Part shown: positions 17,759-27,019 of the stretch, in pieces | Position numbering within the stretch: position 1 is the stretch's first letter | How the letters are laid out: each line of letters begins with the position of its first letter | Assembly: GCA_033761915.1 (NCBI GenBank) | Contig: JANRMC010000200.1 | Location: forward strand, 1,007 to 65,006 | Reading direction: 5' to 3' | DNA length: 64,000 nt | From: Flavihumibacter sp. | Lineage (GTDB): Bacteria > Bacteroidota > Bacteroidia > Chitinophagales > Chitinophagaceae | Translations under genes and position numbers: made by a program | The notes under the pieces: model-generated | Databases searched by the model: none | The model's input: the letters and a program-made list of their open reading frames with translations, nothing else | Told to the model about the DNA's origin: nothing

Positions 17759-18499
17759 TTATTTACCACCTCCGCGGGTAGGGCGGCTTACACCACCACC
17801 ACTGCTACCGCTACTGCCAGAAGAAGAACCAGAAGATGACGGTGTGTAACTGCGTGATGGAGTTGATGTGTTGGTGGAAGGAGTATAGCTGTTATTGCTG
17901 CTACCACTGCTTCCGGTATTGTTAAATACTTTTCTAAGTGTACTGCTAAAACTGCTGCCATTGCTGTTATTACTATTATTGTAACGACCGCTGTAAGTAC
18001 TGCCCCTGTAACTGCTGCCGGGTTTATAAGCGTTGCTGGTACTAACGCGTGGCTTGTAGCTATTGGGGTTAAAGGCAATTGGCCTGCTCTGGGGTTGTCT
18101 GTTGTAATATTTTGGATTAACAATTATAACATTGCTGTTACCGCAGTAAGGATTGTAATAGTTATTCCATGCCCAATAGCTGTTCCATGGACTGTTCCAG
18201 CTATTGTAGTTCCATGTATTATAGCGCCAATCATTCCAGGCATAATCATTATAAGTACCCATCCACATACGGTTGCGTACTGCCATGCGCATAAAACGGT
18301 CGTTGCGGTATTCATCCTGGTAGGCTTCGTATGATTGGTAGCGATCTTCCTCTTTTTCCACCCGCACATACTCTTCTTCAGGCTTTGCCGGAGAATAATA
18401 CACATCATCGGGGGTTTGCCCGGTTTTATAAGCAGTGGTGCAACTGGTAAAAGTTGCTGCTGCAATGGCTAAGAGTAAAATTTTTTCTTTCATAAACAT
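17759..18499 (-). CDS. lipoprotein with a W/N/Y-rich low-complexity core and a Ser/Gly-rich tail
   Basis: 246 aa with a lipobox (LLAIAAATFTSC). The core is WNDWRYNTWNYNSWNSPWNSYWAWNNYYNPY and the tail is SSSGSSSGSSGSSGGGVSRPTRGGGK. The overlapping alternative-frame ORFs in the track are low-complexity artefacts. Confidence 0.75.
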   Translation of the reverse strand: MFMKEKILLLAIAAATFTSCTTAYKTGQTPDDVYYSPAKPEEEYVRVEKEEDRYQSYEAYQDEYRNDRFMRMAVRNRMWMGTYNDYAWNDWRYNTWNYNSWNSPWNSYWAWNNYYNPYCGNSNVIIVNPKYYNRQPQSRPIAFNPNSYKPRVSTSNAYKPGSSYRGSTYSGRYNNSNNSNGSSFSSTLRKVFNNTGSSGSSNNSYTPSTNTSTPSRSYTPSSSGSSSGSSGSSGGGVSRPTRGGGK

Positions 18500-18655
18500 G
18501 GTTTACTTTTTTAAAATTACATTTGCGCTTGCCTTAGTAAAAATACAACAAATACTATGCAAGTGCCAGCTTTTATTGTGAGGGCATTGTTAAAAACAAT
18601 AACGGCTGTTAGGGCTTGTAAAGTATAGGCAAAAGTTCTTAATTAATGGCTGTTT

Positions 18656-18788
18656 GGGGTAGCCGGCCGGGGTGCAAAACCCGGCATCCTTGCGTCGCAC
18701 ACTTGTACTTTTATGGGCCTGTGGGCTATTGCTCATAAGCATTCTAAATGCACAAGAGTGCGACGCAAGAAAAGCTTAATAGCCATAC
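18656..18788. repeat. palindromic element PE-5 (complete, TTGTAC subtype)
   Basis: GGGGTAGCCGGCC...CATCCTTGCGTCGCACACTTGTAC (18685-18708) and GCACAAGAGTGCGACGCAAG (18750-18769), then CTTAATAGCCATAC. Confidence 0.85.
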
Positions 18789-18818
18789 AAATGCTAAGTA
18801 CATAAAATAAAAAAACAA

Positions 18819-20297
18819 ATGAGTAAGGAAATTACAAACAGGGCAGACGATTACAGCCAATGGTATAACGACCTTGTTTTAAAAGGCGGCCTGGCCGATT
18901 ATTCGGCCGTACGCGGGTGCATGGTAATAAAACCCTATGGTTTTGCTCTGTGGGAAAACATGCGGGATCAGTTAGACAGGATGTTTAAAGAAACAGGCCA
19001 TGTAAATGCCTATTTTCCATTATTTGTGCCCAAAAGTTTGTTTGAGGCAGAAGAAAAGAATGCAGAAGGCTTTGCCAAAGAGTGTGCAGTGGTTACGCAT
19101 TACCGGTTAAAGACCGACCCCGAGAAAAAAGGCAAACTGATGGTGGACCCGGATGCAAAACTGGAAGAAGAGTTAGTGGTGCGCCCCACCAGTGAGGCAA
19201 TTATATGGAATACGTATAAAACATGGATACAATCGTACCGCGATTTACCAATTTTGGTAAACCAATGGGCCAACGTGGTGCGTTGGGAAATGCGTACCCG
19301 TTTATTTTTACGCACGGCAGAATTTTTATGGCAGGAAGGGCACACGGCGCATGCCACCAAAGAAGAGGCTGTAGAAGAAACGGTAAAGATGCTGAATGTG
19401 TATGCCGATTTTGTAGAAAACTATATGGCTTTACCGGTTATTAAAGGCGTTAAAACACCCAACGAGCGTTTTGCTGGTGCAGAAGATACCTATTGTATTG
19501 AAGCACTGATGCAGGATGGTAAAGCGTTGCAGGCAGGCACCTCGCACTTTTTGGGACAAAACTTTGCCAAAGCGTTTGACGTAAAATTTTCTGACAAAGA
19601 AAATAAACTGGAATATGTTTGGGCTACCAGCTGGGGTGTTAGCACCCGTTTAATTGGGGCACTTGTAATGGCCCATAGCGATGATGATGGGTTGATACTG
19701 CCACCGCGTATAGCTCCGCTGCAGGTTGTAATTGTACCCATTTTTAAAGGGGCTGAACAAAAAGCTATAATTGATGAAAAAGTAGCTGTCATTACTGCTG
19801 CACTAAAAAGCGCCGGCATAAGGGTTAAATACGATGACAATGATAATGCCCGCCCGGGTTGGAAGTTTGCAGAGTATGAAATGAAAGGGGTACCTGTAAG
19901 AATCGCTGTGGGTCCGAGAGATATTGAAAACGGCGTGGCCGAAGTAGCCCGCAGAGATACCAAAGAAAAAAAGAGTATGCCATTGGAAAATTTAGCCGCA
20001 ACGGTTACTGCCCTGCTGGAAGAAATACAGCAGGCAATGTACACAAAGGCGTTAGATTATCGTGCCGGGCATATTACCAAAGTAGATAGCTGGGATGAAT
20101 TTGTAACTGTGCTGAATGGGAAAGGCGGCTTTGTAAGTGCCCATTGGGATGGTACTGCTGAAACTGAGGAAACCATCAAAGAAAAAACCAAGGCAACCAT
20201 CCGCTGCATACCATTAGATAATAATGCCGAGGAAGGACAGTGTATTTTAACCGGTAAACCCAGCAAACAAAGAGTATTATTTGCACAAGCGTACTAA
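18819..20297 (+). CDS. proS: proline--tRNA ligase
   Basis: 492 aa, a class II aaRS of the archaeal/eukaryote-like ProRS type common in Bacteroidota ([54 protein letters not shown]-terminal VLFAQAY). Confidence 0.95.
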   Translation: MSKEITNRADDYSQWYNDLVLKGGLADYSAVRGCMVIKPYGFALWENMRDQLDRMFKETGHVNAYFPLFVPKSLFEAEEKNAEGFAKECAVVTHYRLKTDPEKKGKLMVDPDAKLEEELVVRPTSEAIIWNTYKTWIQSYRDLPILVNQWANVVRWEMRTRLFLRTAEFLWQEGHTAHATKEEAVEETVKMLNVYADFVENYMALPVIKGVKTPNERFAGAEDTYCIEALMQDGKALQAGTSHFLGQNFAKAFDVKFSDKENKLEYVWATSWGVSTRLIGALVMAHSDDDGLILPPRIAPLQVVIVPIFKGAEQKAIIDEKVAVITAALKSAGIRVKYDDNDNARPGWKFAEYEMKGVPVRIAVGPRDIENGVAEVARRDTKEKKSMPLENLAATVTALLEEIQQAMYTKALDYRAGHITKVDSWDEFVTVLNGKGGFVSAHWDGTAETEETIKEKTKATIRCIPLDNNAEEGQCILTGKPSKQRVLFAQAY

Positions 20298-20319
20298 ACT
20301 TGTGCTTACTTTTTAACAT

Positions 20320-20352
20320 AACACCGGTGCCGCCTGGCCCGGTGTTTTTTTT
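20320..20352 (+). terminator. rho-independent terminator of proS
   Basis: ACACCGG(TGCCGCCTGGC)CCGGTGT followed by TTTTTTTT. Confidence 0.8.
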
Positions 20353-20381
20353 GTTTGAAAAATATTTATCTTTCAAACACA

Positions 20382-20735
20382 ATGCGACTTGCAATTTACA
20401 ATCTGGGTATACTGCTGCTGGCTGCTTACGGTGATTTTGTACACTGGTTAGAATTGCATTTGCTGAAATGCCCTTTCAAAAGCACTTTTTTAATAGATTG
20501 CCCGGGCTGCGGTTTGCAACGTTCTTTTGTAGCTTTATTAAAAGGAAATATCAGCCAGAGTTTTTATTTATATCCGGCCACCATACCCATGCTGGGTTTA
20601 TTATTATTTACTCTGCTGCACCTGAAATTTAATTTTAAGAACGGCAGTACTGTTATTAAAATATTATACATCTTTATCGCATCAATTATCATTATTAATT
20701 ACATTGTAAAAATTAAAACCAAAACATTATTGTAA
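20382..20735 (+). CDS. DUF2752-family membrane protein
   Basis: ORF track 20355..20735, with ATG at 20382. It has the CPFKSTFLIDCPGCGLQRS motif and three TM segments. Confidence 0.7.
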   Translation: MRLAIYNLGILLLAAYGDFVHWLELHLLKCPFKSTFLIDCPGCGLQRSFVALLKGNISQSFYLYPATIPMLGLLLFTLLHLKFNFKNGSTVIKILYIFIASIIIINYIVKIKTKTLL

Positions 20736-21106
20736 TGGAAACAAACATCAACCAGGGAAACAACCAGGGCCTGCAAATGCCGGTGCCTAACTCAACCGCA
20801 GTATTAGTACTGGGTATTATTTCAATTGTATTGTGCTGCTGCTACGGTGTGGTGGGTCTTATTTGTGGTATTATTGCATTGGTATTGGCCAAAAAAGCAA
20901 AAGAGGCATATACCGCCAACCCCGATTTGTATACCGCTTCATCATTAAAAAATGTTAATGCAGGTAAAATTTGTGCTTGGATTGGTGTGGCGCTGTCTTC
21001 TTTATACCTGATATTTACTATCTGGTTATATGCCATGCTGGGTTGGGCTGCTTTGCAAGATCCTACACAAATGCAGGACAGAATGAGAGAGATGTTTGGA
21101 CAATAA
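20735..21106 (+). CDS. CCC-motif / DUF4190 membrane protein
   Basis: 123 aa with VLGIISIVLCCCYGVVGLICGIIALVLAKKA. Its start overlaps the upstream stop (TAATG), which suggests translational coupling. Confidence 0.7.
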   Translation: METNINQGNNQGLQMPVPNSTAVLVLGIISIVLCCCYGVVGLICGIIALVLAKKAKEAYTANPDLYTASSLKNVNAGKICAWIGVALSSLYLIFTIWLYAMLGWAALQDPTQMQDRMREMFGQ

Positions 21107-21131
21107 GAATGACAAAATTATTATTCTATAA

Positions 21132-21158
21132 GGGAGTTTGTAATAAACTCCCTTTTTT
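21132..21158 (+). terminator. rho-independent terminator after the DUF2752/CCC-motif gene pair
   Basis: GGGAGTTT-GTAAT-AAACTCCC followed by TTTTTT. It overlaps the stop of the convergent RDD gene. Confidence 0.75.
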
Positions 21159-21867
21159 ACATTCTTGCAGTTACGTGGTTGTAATCTTTAATAATAGTTT
21201 TTAAGAAGTCTTCGGCTTCATGCTGTGCTTCAATTTCTAACACCTGCTTTATTTTATCAGCAGTTTTTATCACCATTTCGTAATTAGGTAATTTGTAATT
21301 GCGGTTTAATACTTCTTTTACCAGGGCAATATCTTTTTCTTTTAAAATGCTTACCTGCGGGTAAAGTGGTTGGTAAATATCGGCAGTCTCTTCAAAAATA
21401 GTATCCTGTAAAGTGGTTTTAATGCGGGTTCTTACTACCGTAGTGCCGGCTATTTTATCTCCCAGGCGCTGGCTTTTATCTGTTAATGCAATCATCACCA
21501 CAGCTACCACACCGCTGCTTATAGATACATCTATCAAGCTGAACACCCAACGTATCAGGTATTGCCCAAAGCTGGCCTGGCCACCATCTAAACTAATAAC
21601 CTGTATGCCTTTGGCTCTTTTGCCAATAGTTTGGCCGTTTAAAAAAAACTCGCAGCAAAGACTGTAAAACAAAAAAGGGAATGAAGCTAAAAAAGCCAGG
21701 TAATTGTTGCTTAAGAAACTGGTTGCCTGGTTTAATAACAACAGTAAAAACCAAAACCCAATATATATGGCAATATCTACCAGGTAGGCTACCATACGAT
21801 CTCCCACACCGGCTAATTGGTATTCTACTTCTATGTTTTGTGTGGTTTGTACTTTTATTGTTTGCAT
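21157..21867 (-). CDS. RDD-family membrane protein
   Basis: ORF track 21157..21936, trimmed to ATG 21867 (MQTIKVQTTQNIEVEYQLAGVGDRMVAYLVDIAIY). It shows the RDD-domain pattern with GQTIGKRAKGIQV. Confidence 0.72.
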   Translation of the reverse strand: MQTIKVQTTQNIEVEYQLAGVGDRMVAYLVDIAIYIGFWFLLLLLNQATSFLSNNYLAFLASFPFLFYSLCCEFFLNGQTIGKRAKGIQVISLDGGQASFGQYLIRWVFSLIDVSISSGVVAVVMIALTDKSQRLGDKIAGTTVVRTRIKTTLQDTIFEETADIYQPLYPQVSILKEKDIALVKEVLNRNYKLPNYEMVIKTADKIKQVLEIEAQHEAEDFLKTIIKDYNHVTARM

Positions 21868-21935
21868 AAGAAATGGCTGGTATTGTAAAGTTAGGGTTTG
21901 ACTATAAATATATAATGCACGGCGCAAATAACCCA

Positions 21936-23633
21936 CTATGCCGGAATTGCTGCAATTAATTGTTGTGTATATGCTTCTTTGGGGTGTTTGTAAACCTGGC
22001 TGGCTTCGCCGGTTTCAATAATTTTTCCTTTTTGCATTACCATTATACGGTCGCTTATATAATGCACCACAGAAAGGTCGTGAGAAATAAATACCACTGT
22101 AAAACCATACTCTTTTTTTAAATCGTTCAGCAGGTTTAATACCTGTGCCTGCACACTTACATCCAAAGCACTCACGCTTTCATCGCATACAATAAAAGAA
22201 GGGTTTAATGCCAGGGCACGGGCAATTACAATACGCTGCCGCTGTCCACCACTAAACTCATGCGGGTAGCGGTTGGCATGCTGTGGTAATAAGCTTACTT
22301 TATCTAAAAGTGCTGCCACCATTTGCCGGCGCTGCTGCCGGCTGCCGGCAAGCTGATGTACCTGCAATACTTCTTCAATGGCATTGCCAACAGTAAGCCT
22401 GGGGTTAAGTGATGAATAAGGGTCCTGAAAAATTATCTGAATGTCTTTTCTTAAATGCCGTAATGTATTGGCCGGCATAGACAAGATGTTTTTATTATTA
22501 AAACTTATACTGCCGCCAGTAGGTTTTAATAAGCCCAGTAAGCTACGCCCAAGAGTTGTTTTACCACAACCACTTTCGCCCACAAGACCCAATGTTTCTC
22601 CTTTGTAAATATCAAAACTAATACGGTCCACCGCTTTGGTGTAAGCCGTTGCCTTACCCCAAAAATTTTTTGAGGCGGGGTACCAAACATCCAGATCTGT
22701 TACCTGTACCAATATTTCTGCTGTGGTAGATTTTACCAACGGCATTGTGTTAGATAATTGACTGCTGATTGCAGCTTCAGTTGCTTCCTGCAAAAAATCG
22801 CTTACAACCGGCAGACGGCTGCTTTTTGGGTGCAGGGCCGGACGACAAGCCAGCAATCCTTTTGTGTAGGGATGTGCAGGCGTTTTTAAAACAGTATGCA
22901 CATTGCCCTGTTCTGCAATGCTGCCCTTATACATTACAATTACACTGTCTGCAATAGAAGCCACCACTCCTAAATCGTGTGTAATAAAAATTACACCCAT
23001 GTTTTCCTGCAACTGTAATTCTTTAAGCAGTTGCAAAATATTTTTTTGCACGGTTACATCTAAAGCCGTGGTGGGTTCATCGCAAATGAGCAAAGAGGGC
23101 TGGCAACTCATGGCCATAGCAATCATAACCCGTTGTTTTTGTCCGCCACTTAATTGGTGTGGGTAGCGGTTAAACATTGCGGCAGGGTTGGGTAGTTTCA
23201 CTTTTTCAAAAAGCGCAATGGTTTTTTGTTTGGCGGTGGTTTTATTTATTTTCTGATGCAGGCAAATGGCTTCCATAACCTGGTTGCCGCAGGTGTATAC
23301 CGGGTTTAAAGAAGTCATTGGTTCCTGAAAAATCATGGCCATGCGGTTGCCTCTTAATTGTTGCAGGGTATTGGCCGATGCCTTTAATAAATTAACCGGT
23401 GCTTCGCCATCATGGCTAAATAAAATTTCGCCCTGCGGGTAACGTACAGTCTTGGCCGATAGCAATTGCATTACCGATAATGAAGTAACAGATTTACCGG
23501 AGCCCGATTCTCCTACAATGGCAACAATTTCTCCGCGGTTAACCGTAAATGAAATGTCTTTTACAGCTGTGTTGCAACCATGTTCGGTTTCAAAATTTAC
23601 CTGCAGGTTTTTTATTTCTAATAACGGTTGCAA
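21936..23633 (-). CDS. ABC transporter ATP-binding protein with two fused NBDs (Dpp/Opp/YejF-like)
   Basis: 565 aa with two Walker A motifs (GESGSGKS; GESGCGKT), two ABC signatures (LSGGQKQR; FSGGQRQR) and two Walker B motifs (LLICDEPTTALD; FIVCDESVSALD). Confidence 0.9.
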   Translation of the reverse strand: MQPLLEIKNLQVNFETEHGCNTAVKDISFTVNRGEIVAIVGESGSGKSVTSLSVMQLLSAKTVRYPQGEILFSHDGEAPVNLLKASANTLQQLRGNRMAMIFQEPMTSLNPVYTCGNQVMEAICLHQKINKTTAKQKTIALFEKVKLPNPAAMFNRYPHQLSGGQKQRVMIAMAMSCQPSLLICDEPTTALDVTVQKNILQLLKELQLQENMGVIFITHDLGVVASIADSVIVMYKGSIAEQGNVHTVLKTPAHPYTKGLLACRPALHPKSSRLPVVSDFLQEATEAAISSQLSNTMPLVKSTTAEILVQVTDLDVWYPASKNFWGKATAYTKAVDRISFDIYKGETLGLVGESGCGKTTLGRSLLGLLKPTGGSISFNNKNILSMPANTLRHLRKDIQIIFQDPYSSLNPRLTVGNAIEEVLQVHQLAGSRQQRRQMVAALLDKVSLLPQHANRYPHEFSGGQRQRIVIARALALNPSFIVCDESVSALDVSVQAQVLNLLNDLKKEYGFTVVFISHDLSVVHYISDRIMVMQKGKIIETGEASQVYKHPKEAYTQQLIAAIPA

Positions 23634-23668
23634 AAAATAGAAGTATGTAATAAGTATTAAACTATTTT

Positions 23669-23836
23669 GTTACCAGCAGTGGTGGTACTATTTAACATTC
23701 TTGCGTCGCACACTTGTACTTAAGAAAAGCTATAAGCTGAGAGGCATAAGGCCTTATAGCTTTTGCCACATACCTTTTACTATAGTTGAAGTGTGCGACG
23801 CAACGATGCTGATAAAAGAACAGCTGCTGGTAACCC
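23669..23836. repeat. palindromic element PE-6 (complete, hybrid arms)
   Basis: The left arm is GTTACCAGCAG...CATTCTTGCGTCGCACACTTGTAC (23696-23719, TTGTAC type). The right arm is TTGAAGTGTGCGACGCAACGATG (23786-23808, TTCAA type)...GCTGCTGGTAACCC. It ends 4 nt before the amn stop codon. Confidence 0.9.
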
Positions 23837-23840
23837 AATA

Positions 23841-24611
23841 TTAAAATTTAAGATGCCGCACGGTAAGCCCGTTGTTCATTAACTGCTTTAATGAGTCGAT
23901 ACCTATTTTAATATGATTTTCTACATAAGAGCCGGTAACTTTTTTATCGCTTTCTTCTGTTTTAACGCCTTCGGGTATCATGGGCTGATCGCTCACCAAC
24001 AACAGCGCACCAGTTGGTATTTTGTTATAGAAGCCTACAGAAAAAATGGTGGCCGTTTCCATATCTATAGCATAGGCTCTTACTTTTTTCAGATACTCTT
24101 TAAACACTTCATCATGCTCCCATACGCGGCGGTTAGTGGTGTACACCGTGCCGGTCCAGTAATCTACACCATGGTCTCTGATGGTGGTGGAAACTGCTTT
24201 TTGTAATGCAAACGCAGGCAGTGCCGGTACTTCGGGCGGAAAGTAATCGTTTGATGTACCCTCTCCGCGAATGGCGGCAATGGGCAAAATTAAATCGCCA
24301 ATATTATTACGCTTTTTTAAACCACCGCATTTGCCCAAAAACAAAACAGCTTTGGGATGAATAGCGGTTAGTAAATCCATAATAGTGGCAGCAGTAGGGC
24401 TGCCCATACCAAAATTAATAATGGTAATATTGTCTGCAGTGGCGCATTGCATGGGTTTTCCAATACCTACCACGTCTACTTTGTGCCACTCTGCAAACAG
24501 GGTAACATAATTGCTGAAATTGGTTAAAAGAATGTACTCTCCAAAATCAGTTAATTGCTGGCCGGTGTAGCGGGGCAACCAGTTGTCTACAATTTCTTCT
24601 CTTGTCTTCAT
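23841..24611 (-). CDS. amn: AMP nucleosidase-like nucleoside phosphorylase (PNP_UDP_1 fold)
   Basis: ORF track 23841..24626 (TTG start), with ATG at 24611 (MKTREEIVDNWLPRYTG). FLGKCGGL and AIDMETATIF are motifs of the short AMP nucleosidase family. Confidence 0.75.
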   Translation of the reverse strand: MKTREEIVDNWLPRYTGQQLTDFGEYILLTNFSNYVTLFAEWHKVDVVGIGKPMQCATADNITIINFGMGSPTAATIMDLLTAIHPKAVLFLGKCGGLKKRNNIGDLILPIAAIRGEGTSNDYFPPEVPALPAFALQKAVSTTIRDHGVDYWTGTVYTTNRRVWEHDEVFKEYLKKVRAYAIDMETATIFSVGFYNKIPTGALLLVSDQPMIPEGVKTEESDKKVTGSYVENHIKIGIDSLKQLMNNGLTVRHLKF

Positions 24612-24671
24612 AATTAGATGCAGCAATTTTTTTTATCTTGCGTTAACAGCTAAAATACAAAATTAATTACG

Positions 24672-25133
24672 TTGAAAAATCCGGTTCCTCTTTCCATCTT
24701 TATTAATTACCCCAATTACCAGTTTAAAATACGTGAGCCGGAGTGGAAGAAAGAAGAGATTTGGGATGATATACGCCGGCAATGGGTGGCTTTAACGCCA
24801 GAAGAGTGGGTGCGCCAGAATTTTTTGCAATACCTGGTGCAGGTAAAAAAATATCCGGCTCCTTATATTGCGGTTGAACGTAAAATAAAAGTAGGCGAGG
24901 TAAATAAACGCTTTGATATTTTAGTGTACAACAAAGCCGTAAAACCCTGGCTGATGATAGAATGTAAAAGCAGCGATACACCGCTGGAAGTAAAAGTGTT
25001 GAGCCAGGTGTTAAACTACAATATGGCGGTGCCGGTGCCCTACCTGGTTGTTACCAACGGGCTCAGTTGTTATGGATACCACCGCGATGGTATTGGAATG
25101 AGCAGTATTGAAACATTACCTGATTACGAATAA
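24672..25133 (+). CDS. stand-alone type I restriction enzyme HsdR N-terminal-domain (PD-(D/E)XK-like) protein
   Basis: 153 aa with a TTG start. LTPEEWVRQNFLQYL, RFDILVY and WLMIECKS are typical of the HSDR_N_2 family. No hsdM or hsdS lies nearby. Confidence 0.7.
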   Translation: MKNPVPLSIFINYPNYQFKIREPEWKKEEIWDDIRRQWVALTPEEWVRQNFLQYLVQVKKYPAPYIAVERKIKVGEVNKRFDILVYNKAVKPWLMIECKSSDTPLEVKVLSQVLNYNMAVPVPYLVVTNGLSCYGYHRDGIGMSSIETLPDYE

Positions 25134-25170
25134 AAAAAAATCCTGCAGCAAACGCTACAGGATTTTTTTC
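25132..25170. terminator. bidirectional terminator between the HsdR_N-domain gene and gdh
   Basis: An A-run, then TCCTGCAGC-AAAC-GCTACAGGA (one mismatch), then a T-run. Confidence 0.75.
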
Positions 25171-25195
25171 TTTGTTTTTCTCTTGTCTTATCAGA

Positions 25196-26614
25196 TTAAG
25201 GGAAGATACCCAGTTCTACATAGCTGGTAGCCACTTTATTAATAGCCACTACATAAGCTGCAGAACGCATATCAGGTATTTCCGGTGTTTTTTTCCATTG
25301 ATCCATAATTTCGCGGGTAGCGGTAATCATGGTTTCTTCAAGCCCACTATACACTAAATCCACTTCATCAGGACCGTGCATAATTAATTCTCTTTCGCTG
25401 TTGGCAACCTGTTTACCGGTTAAGCTTTCTATCTGGCCTAAAATATGCGTGTTCAGGTTTTCAGTAAAGCGTTTTTCCATACGGCCATAACGCACGTGGC
25501 TCAGGTTTTTCAACCACTCAAAATAACTTACCGTAACACCACCGGCATTCAGGTACATATCGGGTACCACCAGGGTTCCTTTTTTAGCAAACACTTCATC
25601 TGCTTCGGGTGTTAAAGGTCCGTTTGCTGCTTCGCCCACAATCTTTGCCTTCACACGGGGTGCATTTTCTCCGTTAATTACATTTTCTAATGCGGCCGGT
25701 ATTAAAATATCGCATGCTAATTCTAACGCTTCAGAAGAGTTGGTAATATTAGTGGCACCGGGGAAGTTTAAAATAGATCCTGTTTTTTTACGGTGCTGAA
25801 ACACTTCATCTTCATTCAGTCCGTTGTGGTTCATAATAGCACCCTCATATTCTGCCAGTGCAATAACTTTAGCTCCCCCTTCTCTGAAGTATTTAGCTGC
25901 ATGGTAACCCACATTACCCAAGCCCTGCACCACCACTGTTTTACCTTCAATGCCAGTTTGCAATCCCAATTTTTCCATAACATCCGGCATGCGGCACACT
26001 TCACGTAAACCATAAAACACACCTAAACCGGTAGCTTCTCTGCGGCCTCTTACACCACCTTGTGTAACCGGCTTACCGGTAACACAACCGGCAGCATCAA
26101 TTTCGCCGGGGCGCATAGATGTGTAGGTATCCAGTATCCAAGCCATTTCACGTTCGCCGGTACCATAGTCTGGTGCAGGCACATCCGTACCAGGGCCAAT
26201 AAAGTTTTTCTTAATCAGTTCTGCAGTGTAGCGGCGGGTAATTTTTTCCAGCTCGTACACAGAATATTTTTTAGGGTCAATGCTGATGCCACCTTTTGCA
26301 CCACCAAAGGGTACGTTTACAATAGCACACTTAAAAGTCATTAGTGCAGCCAGCGCCATTACTTCATCCAGGTTTACCGCTGTGCTAAAACGGATACCAC
26401 CTTTACAAGGCGTTTTATGATGAGAGTGCTGCACACGATAGGCTTTAATAACTTCTATCTTATCGCCAATCTTTACCGGAAAATGCATCCGGTAAACCGA
26501 GTTACATTGTTTAATCTGCTCCAGAATTCCGGGGTCCCAATTCGTAAACTTGGCTGCGTTTTCAAAGCTTTTTTCAACAGCTCCAAAAAAGCTGTATTCA
26601 TGTTTTCCTGCCAT
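25196..26614 (-). CDS. gdh: Glu/Leu/Phe/Val-family (glutamate) dehydrogenase
   Basis: 472 aa with [19 protein letters not shown] and a Rossmann motif [15 protein letters not shown]. Confidence 0.92.
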   Translation of the reverse strand: MAGKHEYSFFGAVEKSFENAAKFTNWDPGILEQIKQCNSVYRMHFPVKIGDKIEVIKAYRVQHSHHKTPCKGGIRFSTAVNLDEVMALAALMTFKCAIVNVPFGGAKGGISIDPKKYSVYELEKITRRYTAELIKKNFIGPGTDVPAPDYGTGEREMAWILDTYTSMRPGEIDAAGCVTGKPVTQGGVRGRREATGLGVFYGLREVCRMPDVMEKLGLQTGIEGKTVVVQGLGNVGYHAAKYFREGGAKVIALAEYEGAIMNHNGLNEDEVFQHRKKTGSILNFPGATNITNSSEALELACDILIPAALENVINGENAPRVKAKIVGEAANGPLTPEADEVFAKKGTLVVPDMYLNAGGVTVSYFEWLKNLSHVRYGRMEKRFTENLNTHILGQIESLTGKQVANSERELIMHGPDEVDLVYSGLEETMITATREIMDQWKKTPEIPDMRSAAYVVAINKVATSYVELGIFP

Positions 26615-26720
26615 GATGTATTTTTTTTAGGTTTTTATATGGTTGCAATCGTTGTAACTGATGAACGCTTGTTGTTTTAACAGGGTTAAAAAATATGAGC
26701 CAATCAGAGCGAACCTTTTT

Positions 26721-26790
26721 CAACAGTTGTTGCGTCGCACACTTCAGCTCATAGCACTTAACTCAACATTTTGCTACTGCAAATGTTGAA
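26721..26790. repeat. palindromic element PE-7 (left arm plus truncated right arm)
   Basis: GTTGTTGCGTCGCACACTTCAGC at 26726-26748. The right arm is cut after CAAATGTTGAA (26780-26790), 1 nt before the stop codon of the ccmD-like gene. Confidence 0.7.
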
Positions 26791-26791
26791 A

Positions 26792-27019
26792 TTATTTTCC
26801 TTTCTTTTCCAGTTGGCTTATCTTTTTATCCAGCCGTATTACGTACAAAAAAATACCCAGTAAGATGATGGCTACTACTGCCACCACCACATAAATTTTT
26901 CCGTTGGCCCTCATGGCATCAGCCATTTGCGGCACTTCGTTATTAGTTTGTGCCAATACACAAAGGCTGTTTAAACCAGCCATCAGCACCATCAAAAAAT
27001 ATTTTAAATATTTAGTCAT
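26792..27019 (-). CDS. CcmD-like small membrane protein (Bacteroidota alternative CcmD family)
   Basis: 75 aa with a signal-like N-terminus and a single TM (IYVVVAVVAIILLGIFLYVI). It overlaps the ccmC stop by 8 nt. Confidence 0.6.
   Translation of the reverse strand: MTKYLKYFLMVLMAGLNSLCVLAQTNNEVPQMADAMRANGKIYVVVAVVAIILLGIFLYVIRLDKKISQLEKKGK

Noticed and set aside
17788-18465. ORFs 17788..18123(-), 18095..18334(+) and 18124..18465(-) overlapping the lipoprotein gene
   Set aside because: They are frame artefacts of a compositionally biased gene. Only the 17759..18499 frame has a lipobox signal and a coherent product.
24672-25133. Type I restriction-modification system
   Set aside because: Only the isolated HsdR N-terminal-like domain is present. 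There is no helicase/motor part, no HsdM and no HsdS in the window.
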